DNA from: Anaerococcus sp.
GTDB taxonomy: Bacteria; Bacillota; Clostridia; Tissierellales; Peptoniphilaceae
Assembly: GCA_022780515.1 (NCBI GenBank)
Contig: JALEUV010000024.1
Span: 16,793 to 80,792 of the forward strand
Reading direction: 5' to 3'
Length of the DNA stretch: 64,000 nucleotides
Below are positions 32,093 to 42,735 of the stretch, piece after piece (the stretch's first letter is position 1; every line of letters begins with the position of its first letter). The translations under genes and the position numbers were made by a program. The notes under the pieces are model-generated. The model saw only the letters and a program-made list of their open reading frames with translations, was not told where the DNA came from and made no database searches.

Positions 32093-32667
32093 TGAAGATT
32101 TTTATAGCCTTCCTATCTTACCTCCTTGGATCTCTTCCAGCAGGCTTTGTTATAGCCAAGTTTGTATACAAGCAAGATATAAGGACCCTGGGTTCAGGAA
32201 ATATCGGAGCTACTAATTTACTTAGAAATTTTGGTAAGGCAGCAGGGGGTTTGACCTTTGTCTTTGATTATTTTAAGGGAATCCTGGCAGTCTTTATTGG
32301 TAAAAAATTACTGGGAGATAGTGGAGCAACAATCGCGCTAATGTTTGTAGTCTTGGGCCATATCTTCAGTATCTTTCTTAAATTTAGAGGGGGCAAGGGC
32401 ATAGCTACTTCTTTTGGTGCCCTATGTGTTGCAGATTTCAAGATGGCTATGATCCTTATAACTATCTTTATAATCTTAGTTGCCTTAACAAGGAAGGTAT
32501 CCTTGGGATCAGTAGTCGTTGCGACTCTTGCACCTTTTCTAAGTTTTTACTACCACGGGATAAGTTCTTTCTCCTTTGCTGTATTGTTCATTGCAGTCTT
32601 GATTGACTTCCGTCATAGGGCTAATATAAAGAGGCTGATTAGGGGAGAAGAAAAGGAACTATTTTAG
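32089..32667 (+). CDS. plsY: Glycerol-3-phosphate acyltransferase PlsY
   Basis: GSGNIGATN, GHIFSIFLKFRGGKG, HRANIKRL. Confidence 0.97.
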   Translation: MMKIFIAFLSYLLGSLPAGFVIAKFVYKQDIRTLGSGNIGATNLLRNFGKAAGGLTFVFDYFKGILAVFIGKKLLGDSGATIALMFVVLGHIFSIFLKFRGGKGIATSFGALCVADFKMAMILITIFIILVALTRKVSLGSVVVATLAPFLSFYYHGISSFSFAVLFIAVLIDFRHRANIKRLIRGEEKELF

Positions 32668-32675
32668 GAGCTGTT

Positions 32676-33659
32676 ATGAAAATATCAATAATCGGTGCTG
32701 GGAGCTGGGCTAGTGCCATAGCCTCCCTCTTAAGTGATAAGAATGAAGTCTTACTTTACGCAAGGGATAAGGACCTTGAGAGATCAATAAATGAGGACCA
32801 TGTCAATTTTAAATACTTCCCTAATAAAAAACTTTCAGAAAATATAAGGGCTACATCAGATCTTAAAACTTGCTTTGAAAATAGGATTCTCATAAATGCT
32901 ATTCCTACACAAAATATAAGAAGGGTCTATGAAAATACCAAAGGCTGGCTAAGGTATGACCAAGTTATAATAAACTTATCCAAGGGCCTTGAACTTAATA
33001 GCCACTATAGGATATCTGAGATCTTGAAGGATATATACGGAGATTTAAACTTTGCAGTATTAAGTGGCCCATCCCATGCAGAAGAAGTTATAGAAGATAT
33101 GCCGACTGCGGTAGTTTGCGCTTCAGAAGATCTTGACCTTGCTAAGGAAATTCAAAATATTTTTTCCAGGTCCTACTTTAGAGTCTATACGTCTACTGAT
33201 GTAAATGGAGTAGAGCTTGGAGGTAGTGTAAAAAATATCTTGGCCTTCTCTATTGGTATGGCAAGTGGTCTAGGCTATGGAGATAATTCCAAGGCCGCCC
33301 TAATTACTAGGGGTATCCACGAGATGGAAAGATTTGCCAGTCACCTAGGAGCGGAGCCTAAGACAATCTATGGACTTGCTGGAATTGGAGATTTAATTGT
33401 AACAGCTACTAGCGAGCACTCTAGAAATAATAGGGCAGGTAAACTAATAGGTCAAGGAAAGAGCCTAGATGACTTGTCCAAGGAAATAAATATGGTTGTA
33501 GAAGGAATCCCTACAACCAAGGCAGTTTATGAGCTATCTAGGGATATGGGTATAGAAATGCCTATAACAAATGAGCTATACAAGGTCTTGTTTGAAGGCA
33601 AGGATGTCGACCAATCTGTAAGAGACCTCATGGGTAGGAATCTTAAAAATGAATATTAA
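32676..33659 (+). CDS. gpsA: NAD(P)H-dependent glycerol-3-phosphate dehydrogenase
   Basis: GAGSW, SGPSHAEEV, GLAGIGDL..T, SRN. Confidence 0.97.
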   Translation: MKISIIGAGSWASAIASLLSDKNEVLLYARDKDLERSINEDHVNFKYFPNKKLSENIRATSDLKTCFENRILINAIPTQNIRRVYENTKGWLRYDQVIINLSKGLELNSHYRISEILKDIYGDLNFAVLSGPSHAEEVIEDMPTAVVCASEDLDLAKEIQNIFSRSYFRVYTSTDVNGVELGGSVKNILAFSIGMASGLGYGDNSKAALITRGIHEMERFASHLGAEPKTIYGLAGIGDLIVTATSEHSRNNRAGKLIGQGKSLDDLSKEINMVVEGIPTTKAVYELSRDMGIEMPITNELYKVLFEGKDVDQSVRDLMGRNLKNEY

Positions 33660-33660
33660 A

Positions 33661-33689
33661 GTCGAAATTTTTTGCTAAAATGTTATAAT
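33661..33689 (+). promoter_or_regulatory. Sigma-A promoter with extended -10 for sepF
   Basis: TGTTATAAT at 33681-33689; weak -35 GTCGAA 17 nt upstream. Confidence 0.55.
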
Positions 33690-33724
33690 AGTTATAGAGA
33701 AGAAAATTTTCAAGAGGGAGTATT

Positions 33725-34294
33725 ATGTTAGACAGGTTTAAAGAATTTATAGGCATCGATGATAATTATGATGATTACGACGATGAGCAATTGTATTATG
33801 ATGACGAAGACAAAAAAGTAGAAACAAAACCAGTAGAAACTACTACTAAAACAAATTATTCTAGTCTTTTTAGTGATAAGTCTTATGAAGCAGATGATAG
33901 TACCTATAGTACAAATTCATCAAAGGATAAGGATGTATCATATAATTTTTCTACAACATCAAGGAGAGGAGATAATATAGTCAATATGAACGATAAAACT
34001 TTTAGTCCATCAGCTGGCATGAGAATTTCTATTCAAGAGCCACTTGAATATGACCAAGATGCACCTAAGGTTGTAGATGATATCCTTAATAGAAAAGTTG
34101 TAGTATTAAATTTGGAAATGGTTGACACAGACCTAAGAAGAAGAATTTTCGACTTTGTTTCAGGAGCTGTATACGCCGTAGATGGAAGTGTAACTAAAGT
34201 AAATAAGGGAATCTTTATAATTAGTCCATCAGGAGTTGAAGTTAGTCAAGATATTAGGGAACAAGTTGAGGACGGAAATTACAATCAATTATAG
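33725..34294 (+). CDS. sepF: Cell division protein SepF
   Basis: VVLNLE...RRIFDFVSGAVYAVDG, IFIISP. Confidence 0.92.
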   Translation: MLDRFKEFIGIDDNYDDYDDEQLYYDDEDKKVETKPVETTTKTNYSSLFSDKSYEADDSTYSTNSSKDKDVSYNFSTTSRRGDNIVNMNDKTFSPSAGMRISIQEPLEYDQDAPKVVDDILNRKVVVLNLEMVDTDLRRRIFDFVSGAVYAVDGSVTKVNKGIFIISPSGVEVSQDIREQVEDGNYNQL

Positions 34295-34309
34295 ACCTTA
34301 TTTTGCTTA

Positions 34310-34346
34310 ATCTGCTGTAGCCTATGGTGCAGCAGATATATTTTTT
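34310..34346 (+). terminator. Intrinsic terminator after sepF
   Basis: ATCTGCTGTA...TGCAGCAGAT followed by T-run. Confidence 0.7.
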
Positions 34347-34356
34347 AGGAAAGTTA

Positions 34357-35124
34357 ATGGCTTTAGAATATAATTTAGACTTTATAAGTGATAAGAGTAA
34401 AAAATCGAATATAAAAAAGGCCATCTCATCTCTAGAAAAGGCCTACTATACATCTAGGGAAACTTCTAGCTTTTTCTTGGACCCCTTCGAGAGATCGGTT
34501 ATAGGGGATATAGCTAGGAAAAATAATATAGACCTAGTTTTTCTTGGGGGAAATGAAAGGGCTGAGAGGCAAATCTTTGTAGCTAACCCCTACTATGAGC
34601 CACTTAATAGCGAAGACTATATAAGGGTTCTTGAATTTGAAAGCCTAGATATAAAACACCCCGATGTCCTTGGAGCCTTGATCCACCTTGGCCTTGATAG
34701 GGAAAGAATAGGGGATATAGAGGTCAATGATGGCAGATGTGAGTTCGTAGTTCTAAAGGAAGATGGCTCTTTTATCAAATACAACCTAAGTAAGATAAAA
34801 AATGAAGGGGTATCTATAGACTTTAAGCCTTCTAATGAACTAAGGGTAGTCGAAGCAGCCTATATAGAAAAATCAGGATTTGTTTCATCACTTAGGCTAG
34901 ATAATATAGTTTCACTTTTATTGAGTACATCTAGGTCTAAGGTCAAGGAATTTATCAACAAATCCCAAGTCAAGGTAAACTACCAAACAATAACCGATCT
35001 AGCCTACAAGGTAGAAGAAAATTCTATGATTTCGATTAGAGGAGTTGGGAGATTTATCTTTGATGGGGTGAGTGGCAGAAGCAAGAAGGATAATTACCAT
35101 ATAGAGTATAGGAAGTTAGTATGA
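34357..35124 (+). CDS. ylmH: YlmH/Sll1252-family S4 RNA-binding protein
   Basis: FLDP, GG...AER, H.DVLGAL..LG..RE.IGDI, SLRLD, ISIRGVGR; ATG 34357 follows an RBS. Confidence 0.88.
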   Translation: MALEYNLDFISDKSKKSNIKKAISSLEKAYYTSRETSSFFLDPFERSVIGDIARKNNIDLVFLGGNERAERQIFVANPYYEPLNSEDYIRVLEFESLDIKHPDVLGALIHLGLDRERIGDIEVNDGRCEFVVLKEDGSFIKYNLSKIKNEGVSIDFKPSNELRVVEAAYIEKSGFVSSLRLDNIVSLLLSTSRSKVKEFINKSQVKVNYQTITDLAYKVEENSMISIRGVGRFIFDGVSGRSKKDNYHIEYRKLV

Positions 35125-35567
35125 TATATGCACTTTTAATTATAATAGGAATAGTTTTAGATAGACTTAGCAAAAATTATGCAGTGAATAATTTTATAAA
35201 TAATCCCATAGATGGGCCAATAATTAATCTTACTTATGTAGAAAATAGGGGAGCGGCCTTTGGGATATTACAAGATAAGAGGGTATTTTTTATACTTTTA
35301 ACCATAGCCATAATAGGATTTTTGCTATATTATTTCATCAAAAACTTAAAGACCAACCCCAAAATTTTAAATTATGCCTTTGCTCTAATAATTTCTGGAG
35401 CCTTGGGTAATTTTTATGACAGGTTATTTCAAGGTTATGTAGTGGACTTTATAGAGTTTGCCTTTGTAAACTTCCCGGTCTTTAATATAGCCGATATTTT
35501 GGTGTCAATTGGATGTTTTTTGATGATAATTTATGTCTTATTTGAAAATAAAGAGGAAGAAAAATGA
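35121..35567 (+). CDS. lspA: Lipoprotein signal peptidase II
   Basis: [25 protein letters not shown]. Confidence 0.97.
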   Translation: MIYALLIIIGIVLDRLSKNYAVNNFINNPIDGPIINLTYVENRGAAFGILQDKRVFFILLTIAIIGFLLYYFIKNLKTNPKILNYAFALIISGALGNFYDRLFQGYVVDFIEFAFVNFPVFNIADILVSIGCFLMIIYVLFENKEEEK

Positions 35568-36247
35568 GCGTTCACATAGGAAATGATTGGGATGAGCTTT
35601 TAAAGGAAGAATGGGAGAAGCCTTACTATAAGACCTTAAGGCAGTTTTTGATAAGGGAATACAAGACTCGAAGAATTTATCCTGATATGTATGACATCTT
35701 CAATGCCCTAGTCTATGTTCCATACAAGGATGTAAAAGTTGTAATCCTCGGCCAAGATCCCTACCATGGCAGGGGTCAGGCCCACGGTTTTGCCTTTTCT
35801 GTTAAGAAGGGAGTCCCTACTCCTCCCTCCCTACAAAATATTTACAAGGAACTTCATGATGACCTAGGTCTATACATCCCAGATAATGGCAACCTTATTA
35901 AGTGGGCAGAACAGGGAGTCTTGCTCTTAAATACAGTCCTTACTGTAAGGGATGGAAATGCTAATTCCCACAAGGGTATGGGCTGGGAAAATCTAACCGA
36001 TAGGATAATAGAGCTTCTAAATAAGAGAGAAAAGCCCATAGTCTTTATACTCTGGGGAGCCAATGCCAGGTCCAAGGAGAAGCTAATAACTAATAGGAAC
36101 CATCTTATTTTAAAGTCTGTTCACCCATCGCCACTATCTGCCTATAGGGGATTTTTTGGATCAAAAGTCTTTTCCAAGACTAATAAATTTTTAGAAGCAA
36201 ATAATATGAGACCTATCGACTGGCAAATCGAAAACATAAGGAATTGA
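35564..36247 (+). CDS. ung: Uracil-DNA glycosylase
   Basis: GQDPYH, PPSL.NI, HPSPLS. Confidence 0.98.
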   Translation: MSVHIGNDWDELLKEEWEKPYYKTLRQFLIREYKTRRIYPDMYDIFNALVYVPYKDVKVVILGQDPYHGRGQAHGFAFSVKKGVPTPPSLQNIYKELHDDLGLYIPDNGNLIKWAEQGVLLLNTVLTVRDGNANSHKGMGWENLTDRIIELLNKREKPIVFILWGANARSKEKLITNRNHLILKSVHPSPLSAYRGFFGSKVFSKTNKFLEANNMRPIDWQIENIRN

Positions 36248-36250
36248 GGA

Positions 36251-37156
36251 TCATAAGTGGTTCTCAATTATTTTTTTGGTCAAATTTAGGATATTTTTGT
36301 ACTTGTAGGTGTGTCCCTGCCTTATAACTAGGAAATGAGGATCTATCCTAAGGTCAGTTTGATTTTCTATGGCAAAGGTGTTTATTGCTATGTGGCCCCT
36401 GGTTTTACCATCAAGGAGGCCGTAGAGGACTTGGAGGTTGATGGTTATGTTTCTATTTTTAATTGATATATCATAATTATCGTTTACAAAAAAGGCCTCA
36501 TCTAGGTCCTCTGAGGACTCTAGCTTGATATTAGCTATATCATTATTAATATAGACAGACTTTAGGGAAACTTTACCAAGCCTAGTCCCTATTGTTAATT
36601 CTTTTATAAAAGACTTCTCTATATTCATCAATAGCTCTGTTGCTATGATATCATTTTGGTTATGCTTAATAATTGGAAAGGGCCTATCCCTTTTGACTAA
36701 ATCGTCACTTAGCTTACTAAAGGTCTTATACCTTGAAGGATCTTCCCTATAAAAGCCTACTAACTTCTCCATATCAGAAAGTTTGAGGGAGTCGAAGTCA
36801 AAAAATATGCGGTATTTCTTGATGACTTTTAGGAGATCTATGGTAGGTGGAAAGATGGGAAAAAGGTCATGGGAGATGAGGCGATTATTAAGAAAGGGGA
36901 TATCGAAGGTATCTCCATTGTAGGTAATAATTTCCATCTCGGCTGACATTTCTAGGTATATTCTTAAGAGTCTTTCTTCTTCACTATCATCTTCGGCAAA
37001 GTATTGGATGGCGTAGGCCTTCTTATCTTCACGGTGAACTAGTCCCAAGACAACCAGGGTGTCAACTGATGAATCAAGTCCGGTTGTTTCTATATCTAAT
37101 ACTATTTGATTTTCTTTAATGTTCTCACAAGGAATAAGTTTTTTTATACATATCAT
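36251..37156 (-). CDS. YprB-like RNase H-fold/DEDD exonuclease domain protein
   Basis: LDIETTGL, TYNG.TFDIPFL, HN.NDI. Confidence 0.8.
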   Translation of the reverse strand: MICIKKLIPCENIKENQIVLDIETTGLDSSVDTLVVLGLVHREDKKAYAIQYFAEDDSEEERLLRIYLEMSAEMEIITYNGDTFDIPFLNNRLISHDLFPIFPPTIDLLKVIKKYRIFFDFDSLKLSDMEKLVGFYREDPSRYKTFSKLSDDLVKRDRPFPIIKHNQNDIIATELLMNIEKSFIKELTIGTRLGKVSLKSVYINNDIANIKLESSEDLDEAFFVNDNYDISIKNRNITINLQVLYGLLDGKTRGHIAINTFAIENQTDLRIDPHFLVIRQGHTYKYKNILNLTKKIIENHL

Positions 37157-37221
37157 AGGTCTACTATACTGTTTGTAATCTTTTTTAATAACAATATAAT
37201 AAAAAGAGTTAAGGAGATATT

Positions 37222-38340
37222 ATGATTTATTTAGACAATGCTGCTACAAGTAAAATGAGTAAAAAAGCCATAGAGGCTGAAGTTTATGTCTTAGAAAATT
37301 ACTACGCCAATGCTTCAGCAATCCACTCTTATGGAATGGAATCAGAAAATCTTATAAAAAAATCAAGGAAAGAAATAGCAAATATAATTAATGCCAAGGA
37401 GAGTGAAATTTACTTCACCAAGGGGGCAACAGAATCTAATAATATAGTTATAGCATCCCTTGCTTCTAAGGAGGGCCTTGCCCTTAGCTCTTCTATTGAG
37501 CATTCTTCTGTATATGATGCCCTTAATAATAGTGACTTCAAGAAAGTAACTTATTTGAAGAATAGAAGTGATGGACAGATAGACTTAGATGATTTGAAGC
37601 AAAACCTCTCCCATGAGGTCAAACTTCTATCACTAATATATGTAAATAATGAAACGGGGTCAATTACTGATATAAAGACGATTAGCAAAATTGTAAAAGA
37701 CTTTGATGAAAATATCTTGATCCACCTGGATGCCACCCAAGCCCTAGGAAAAATTCCTGTAGATGTAGAAGACCTTGGGGTTGATACTATGAGTTTTTCT
37801 GGCCATAAGTTTCACGGACCTAAGGGAGTAGGGGGTCTCTATGTCAAAAAGAAGGCCCTATCAAAGATAAAACCCCTTCTCTTTGGTGGTAGACAAGAGG
37901 TGATTAGCTCTGGTACAGAAAATCATCCAGCCATCTATGCCATGGGTGTAGCCCTAAGGGAAGTTGTAGATGAAGATAATTATTCTTATATAGATGGACT
38001 TAGGACTTATCTCAAATCCCAAATCGAAGAAAATATAAGTGATTATATGGTTATTTCTCCAGAAGAATCCTATAGTCCCTATATATTAAATGTTGCCTTC
38101 AAAAATATAAAGTCTGAGGTCCTAGTTCATTTTCTGGAAGATAGGGAGATTTATGTATCATCGGGTTCAGCCTGTGCCTTGGGGGCCAAGAGTAGGATTT
38201 TATCTGCCCTAGGAGTTCCAGCCGATTATATAGATGGGGCAATTAGATTTTCTTTTTCAAGGGATATAAGAAGGGAAGATTTGGACACGACAGTAGAAGC
38301 CCTAAGAGAGGGTATAGAAATGATAAGAGGAGTTTTTTAA
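37222..38340 (+). CDS. Cysteine desulfurase (NifZ/IscS-like, ThiI partner)
   Basis: IYLDNAATS, SGHKFHGPKG, SSGSAC. Confidence 0.95.
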   Translation: MIYLDNAATSKMSKKAIEAEVYVLENYYANASAIHSYGMESENLIKKSRKEIANIINAKESEIYFTKGATESNNIVIASLASKEGLALSSSIEHSSVYDALNNSDFKKVTYLKNRSDGQIDLDDLKQNLSHEVKLLSLIYVNNETGSITDIKTISKIVKDFDENILIHLDATQALGKIPVDVEDLGVDTMSFSGHKFHGPKGVGGLYVKKKALSKIKPLLFGGRQEVISSGTENHPAIYAMGVALREVVDEDNYSYIDGLRTYLKSQIEENISDYMVISPEESYSPYILNVAFKNIKSEVLVHFLEDREIYVSSGSACALGAKSRILSALGVPADYIDGAIRFSFSRDIRREDLDTTVEALREGIEMIRGVF

Positions 38341-39503
38341 TGGAATGGTTACTAGCAATAAGCTTTGGTGAAATTTTCTTGAAGGGTAAGAATAGAAATA
38401 CCTTTTATAAGACTGCTATTAATAATATAAAAAGGAATATAAGGGATATAGGCTATGAAGATATGTATGTAGAGTCTTCCAAGCTCTATATCAAGGCCGA
38501 TAGGTCCAAGTTTGATAGGCTCAAAAAAGAAATTAAGAAGGTCTTTGGTATCTCCTACATAGCAGAGGTTATAAAAACAAAAAAAGACCTAGAAATCCTA
38601 TCAAAGAGTGTAATCGACCTCGTAGATTTTTACTATGGGGATCAAGGCAAAACCTTTAAGGTTGAGTCAAAGAGAACTGACAAGTCCTTCCCCCTTACTT
38701 CTCCTCAATTATCCAGCAAGATTGGGGGAGTGGTCTTAAAAAATAAGAAAAACTTGAGTGTTGATGTCCATAACCCTGATTTTGTAATAAGCATTGACAT
38801 CAAGGCCCATGCATACGTCTATATAGTTAGGGAAGAGGGGCTAGGTGGCCTTCCTATAGGATCATCTGGTAGTGGACTCTTGCTTTTATCTGGTGGGATT
38901 GACTCACCTGTCGCTGGCTTTCTTATGGCAAAAAGAGGGATGGAGATAAACGCCCTCCACTTTCATTCTTATCCCTTCACCTCAAAGAGGGCCCACCAAA
39001 AGGCCATGGATCTTGCAAGACTTTTATCAGCCTATACTGGAGATATGACTGTTTATTCAATAAATCTCGCTGAAATATACAAAGCCATCAGTCAAAATTG
39101 TCCTAGAAGGGATACTACGATTTTATCTAGGAGGTTTATGATGAGAATTGCAAGTAAGCTTGCGAAAGATTATGGTTACCAAAGCCTTATAACTGGGGAG
39201 AGCCTAGGGCAAGTGGCAAGTCAAACAATAGAGTCAGTTTCTGTAATAAATGAATCAACCGATCTTCCTATCCTTAGACCCCTTATAGCTATGGATAAGA
39301 AGGACATAATAGATATATCTGTAAATATAGACACCTATGAGAAGGCAATAGAGCCTTATGATGATTGTTGCTCTATCTTTGCCCCAGCAAATCCAGTAAC
39401 CAAACCAAAGCTTGAATTTATTAAAAAATCAGAAGAAAACTTAGATATAAAAAAATTGGAAGAAGATGCCATAAAGTCAATGGAAATTATAAAAATATCT
39501 TGA
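38340..39503 (+). CDS. thiI: tRNA 4-thiouridine synthase ThiI
   Basis: THUMP domain, LLSGGIDS PP-loop, GESLGQVASQT, DDCC. Confidence 0.96.
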   Translation: MEWLLAISFGEIFLKGKNRNTFYKTAINNIKRNIRDIGYEDMYVESSKLYIKADRSKFDRLKKEIKKVFGISYIAEVIKTKKDLEILSKSVIDLVDFYYGDQGKTFKVESKRTDKSFPLTSPQLSSKIGGVVLKNKKNLSVDVHNPDFVISIDIKAHAYVYIVREEGLGGLPIGSSGSGLLLLSGGIDSPVAGFLMAKRGMEINALHFHSYPFTSKRAHQKAMDLARLLSAYTGDMTVYSINLAEIYKAISQNCPRRDTTILSRRFMMRIASKLAKDYGYQSLITGESLGQVASQTIESVSVINESTDLPILRPLIAMDKKDIIDISVNIDTYEKAIEPYDDCCSIFAPANPVTKPKLEFIKKSEENLDIKKLEEDAIKSMEIIKIS

Positions 39504-39528
39504 CAAGGATGGCAAAGTACAGTAATAT
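39500..39528 (+). promoter_or_regulatory. Sigma-A promoter of the rplU operon
   Basis: TTGACA(39500)-17 nt-TAATAT(39523). Confidence 0.75.
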
Positions 39529-39529
39529 A

Positions 39530-39601
39530 AATAAGTAGACCGCTCAGTTTCGGGTTCTGATCCCCAAATCTGGCGAGAATTTTAAGTAATAGGAGGTTTC
39601 C
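39530..39601 (+). ncRNA. L21 leader cis-regulatory RNA
   Basis: GC-rich structured 5' UTR (AGACCGC...GGG...CCCC...TCTGGCGAG) directly before the rplU RBS, where the Firmicute L21 leader lies. Confidence 0.6.
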
Positions 39602-39910
39602 ATGTACGCAATTATAAAGACAGGTGGAAAACAATACAAAGTATCAGAAGGTGACTTAGTTAGAGTTGAAAAACTTAACAACGAAGTTGGTGAAACCGTA
39701 GAATTTGATCAAGTACTTTTAGTAGCAGGAGATGAAGTTAAAGTTGGATCCCCATACGTAGAAAACGCAAAAGTTACTGCGACAGTTGAAGATCAAAACA
39801 AAGAAAAGAAAATAGTTGTATTTAAGTATAAACCAAAGAAAAAATACAGAAAAAAACACGGTCACAGACAACCTTATACTTTAGTAAAAATTGATAGCAT
39901 ATCTCTTTAA
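39602..39910 (+). CDS. rplU: 50S ribosomal protein L21
   Basis: [14 protein letters not shown]...GHRQPYT. Confidence 0.99.
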   Translation: MYAIIKTGGKQYKVSEGDLVRVEKLNNEVGETVEFDQVLLVAGDEVKVGSPYVENAKVTATVEDQNKEKKIVVFKYKPKKKYRKKHGHRQPYTLVKIDSISL

Positions 39911-40221
39911 TGATTAATGTTGAAGTATTAGTTAAAGGCGATAGAAGAGTAGGTTATGAAATAAGAGGCCATGCAGATTTTGCTGAACATGGCAGCGATA
40001 TAGTTTGCTCTGCTGTTACAATACTTGCTTATTCATGTGTAAATACCCTGGACCAATATGCTGATAAGGTAGAATTTATCGACGATGGTGATATATTGTA
40101 TTTAAGAACAGATGATGATAGCGAGGAAATAGCTACTGTATTTGCTTATTTTGAAACAGGAGTCCAAACTTTATTATCGAATTATGGTGATTACGTAAAA
40201 TTAAATTATAAGGAGACTTGA
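39910..40221 (+). CDS. prp: Ribosomal-processing cysteine protease Prp (YsxB)
   Basis: GHADF...DIVCSAV His/Cys dyad; lies between rplU and rpmA. Confidence 0.93.
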   Translation: MINVEVLVKGDRRVGYEIRGHADFAEHGSDIVCSAVTILAYSCVNTLDQYADKVEFIDDGDILYLRTDDDSEEIATVFAYFETGVQTLLSNYGDYVKLNYKET

Positions 40222-40223
40222 AT

Positions 40224-40517
40224 ATGATAAGAAATATTGATTTACAAAGATTGTCAAGTAAAAAGGGAGTATCTTCATCAAAGAACGGTAGAGATTCAAA
40301 TCCTAAAATGCTTGGTGTTAAGAGAAGCGATGGACAATTTGTTAATGCTGGAACAATCATAGTAAGACAAAGAGGAACCAAGATTCATCCAGGCAACAAT
40401 GTTAAAAAGGGCGCTGATGATACTCTATATGCTGTATGCGAAGGCGTTGTTAAATTTGAAAGAAGAGGAAGAGACAGAAAGCAAGTTTCTGTTTACGCTC
40501 AAGAAGAAATAGCTTAA
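40224..40517 (+). CDS. rpmA: 50S ribosomal protein L27 with cleavable N-terminal extension
   Basis: [10 protein letters not shown]|[15 protein letters not shown]...RQRGT; ATG 40224 is 8 nt after AAGGAG. Confidence 0.98.
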   Translation: MIRNIDLQRLSSKKGVSSSKNGRDSNPKMLGVKRSDGQFVNAGTIIVRQRGTKIHPGNNVKKGADDTLYAVCEGVVKFERRGRDRKQVSVYAQEEIA

Positions 40518-40520
40518 ATT

Positions 40521-40547
40521 AAGGCTTGCCTGTTGGCAAGCTTTTTT
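40521..40547 (+). terminator. Intrinsic terminator after rpmA
   Basis: AGGCTTGCC-TGTT-GGCAAGCTT followed by T-run. Confidence 0.85.
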
Positions 40548-40565
40548 ATATGAGAGGAAAATCCT

Positions 40566-41846
40566 ATGATAGATTACGCAAAAGTATACCTCAAGGCAGG
40601 AGACGGTGGAAACGGAGCTGTTGCTTGGAGAAGAGAAAAGTATGAGCCAAACGGTGGTCCTGCCGGTGGCGATGGTGGTAATGGTGGCTCTATTATCCTT
40701 AGGGCTACTAGAAACCTATCTACCCTAGATGAATTTAGGTATAAGACAAAGTACCTGGCCCCTAATGGGGAAGCTGGTGGGAAGAGCAAAAAATTTGGCA
40801 AAAAAGGAGAAGATCTTTATATTAATGTCCCTATGGGTACAGTTATAAGAGAAGCAGAATCTAATGTAATTGTCAAAGATATGAGTAAAGATGGAGAAGA
40901 ATTTTTAATCGCCAAGGGAGGCAAGGGGGGCAGGGGTAATGTCCACTTCAAAAGCTCCATTAGACAAGCTCCTAGGTTTGCAGAAATTGGCAAAAAGGGC
41001 CAAGAGATAGAAGTTATACTAGAACTTAAAATCCTTGCTGATGTGGGTCTAGTAGGTCTACCTAATGTTGGTAAATCCACCCTCATATCTGTAATATCAA
41101 AGGCCAAGCCAAAAATAGCTAACTACCACTTCACAACCCTTGATCCAAATCTTGGTGTTGTAAATATAGATAGGGAGAGAAGCTTTATAGTGGCTGATAT
41201 TCCTGGTCTTATAGAGGGGGCTAGCGATGGAAATGGCTTGGGTCATGACTTCCTAAAGCATATAGAAAGGTGCAGGGTCTTAGTCCACTTGGTAGACATA
41301 TCTGGTATAGAGGGTAGAGATCCTATAGAAGACTTTAAATTAATAAACAAGGAGCTAAGCCTCTATGATGATAGACTAGGGGATAAGCCAATGATAGTGG
41401 CCCTCAATAAGTCTGATTTAGATTATAATAACAATGCCCAAAAGTTTATAGATGAGTTTGGAGACAAATATAAAATATTTACCATATCAGCTGCTACAAC
41501 TAAGGGTATAAAAGAATTAATAGATGGTGTTTATGATTTGTTAAGTCAAAGCAAGGCCAAGGAGTTTGACCTAATGGAAGAAGTTGATGAAGACTTCCTA
41601 GATGGCTACTACAATAAGAAGATCGACTATGACCTAAATTTTGGCAAGGATGGAGATATCTACCTTGTTTATGGTAAGAGGGTTGATAACCTATTGGAGA
41701 AGGTCGACTACAAGGAATATGACGGAGCCATTCACTTTGAGAAAAAACTTAGGGAAATGGGAGTATTTGACAAGTTAAAGGAAATGGGTATTGAAGAAGG
41801 AGATAGTGTAGCCTTTGGAGATATTGTATTTGAATATTACGAATAG
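40566..41846 (+). CDS. obgE: GTPase ObgE
   Basis: Gly-rich Obg domain, GLPNVGKS, YHFTT, DIPG, NKSD. Confidence 0.98.
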   Translation: MIDYAKVYLKAGDGGNGAVAWRREKYEPNGGPAGGDGGNGGSIILRATRNLSTLDEFRYKTKYLAPNGEAGGKSKKFGKKGEDLYINVPMGTVIREAESNVIVKDMSKDGEEFLIAKGGKGGRGNVHFKSSIRQAPRFAEIGKKGQEIEVILELKILADVGLVGLPNVGKSTLISVISKAKPKIANYHFTTLDPNLGVVNIDRERSFIVADIPGLIEGASDGNGLGHDFLKHIERCRVLVHLVDISGIEGRDPIEDFKLINKELSLYDDRLGDKPMIVALNKSDLDYNNNAQKFIDEFGDKYKIFTISAATTKGIKELIDGVYDLLSQSKAKEFDLMEEVDEDFLDGYYNKKIDYDLNFGKDGDIYLVYGKRVDNLLEKVDYKEYDGAIHFEKKLREMGVFDKLKEMGIEEGDSVAFGDIVFEYYE

Positions 41847-41854
41847 GGGAATTT

Positions 41855-42139
41855 ATGTTAACAGGTAAACAAAGAGCAGCTCTCAAGCAAGAGGCACATG
41901 ATTTTAAGCCTGTAATAAATATAGGCAAAAATTCTATAACTGATGAGTTAATCAAGGCTATAGATGAAGCCTTGGAAGCAAGAGAGCTTATAAAGATCAA
42001 AATTTTATCAAATAATTTAGACGACCAAGAAGAGATAGTAAATGATGTTATCGAAAGACTCGATGCAGAATTTATATCCCACCTGGGGTCAATTTTTACA
42101 ATTTATAGAAAAAACGAAGAAAATAAGTACGGATTATAA
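41855..42139 (+). CDS. yhbY: YhbY CRM-domain RNA-binding protein
   Basis: LTGKQR..L...AH..KPV.NIGK, ELIKIKIL. Confidence 0.93.
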   Translation: MLTGKQRAALKQEAHDFKPVINIGKNSITDELIKAIDEALEARELIKIKILSNNLDDQEEIVNDVIERLDAEFISHLGSIFTIYRKNEENKYGL

Positions 42140-42735
42140 TGAGGATAGGACTTTTTGGAGGAACCTTTGACCCCATTCATATTGGCCATCTTATAGTTGT
42201 GGAAAATTGCATCAACTATATGAATTTGGATAGGGTTATAATTTTGCCAAGCTCAGATCCTCCCCACAAGAGAGATAGGAAAAAGACTGCTACAAGTATT
42301 AGAGTTGAGATGGTGAGCGAAGCCATAAAGGATAATGACAAGCTAGTCCTATCAACCTATGAATCCACAGACCATATAGTTCACTACACTGACGATACTA
42401 TAAAATATTTTAGGGAAAATTTCCCAGATGATGATATTTTTTATATTATGGGCGAAGATTCTTTCTTGACCATAGATACCTGGAAAAACTACGAGAATAT
42501 CTTGGATACTAATATCATTGTCTTTACCAGGTCTAATATAGACGAAGATAGCGAACTGGTTAGGAAGGTTCACGATGTAAGGAAGGATAATCCAAATATT
42601 TTTTTAATAAACAACCTAAATATAAATATCTCATCAACCCTTATTAGGGGCTTGGTAAAGGATGACAAGAGTATAAAATACTTAGTAAGGGATGAAGTAA
42701 AATATATAATAGAGAATAGGGGGTTGTATGTTTGA
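42139..42735 (+). CDS. nadD: Nicotinate-nucleotide adenylyltransferase
   Basis: GGTFDPIHIGH, PPHK, ISSTLIR. Confidence 0.96.
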   Translation: MRIGLFGGTFDPIHIGHLIVVENCINYMNLDRVIILPSSDPPHKRDRKKTATSIRVEMVSEAIKDNDKLVLSTYESTDHIVHYTDDTIKYFRENFPDDDIFYIMGEDSFLTIDTWKNYENILDTNIIVFTRSNIDEDSELVRKVHDVRKDNPNIFLINNLNINISSTLIRGLVKDDKSIKYLVRDEVKYIIENRGLYV

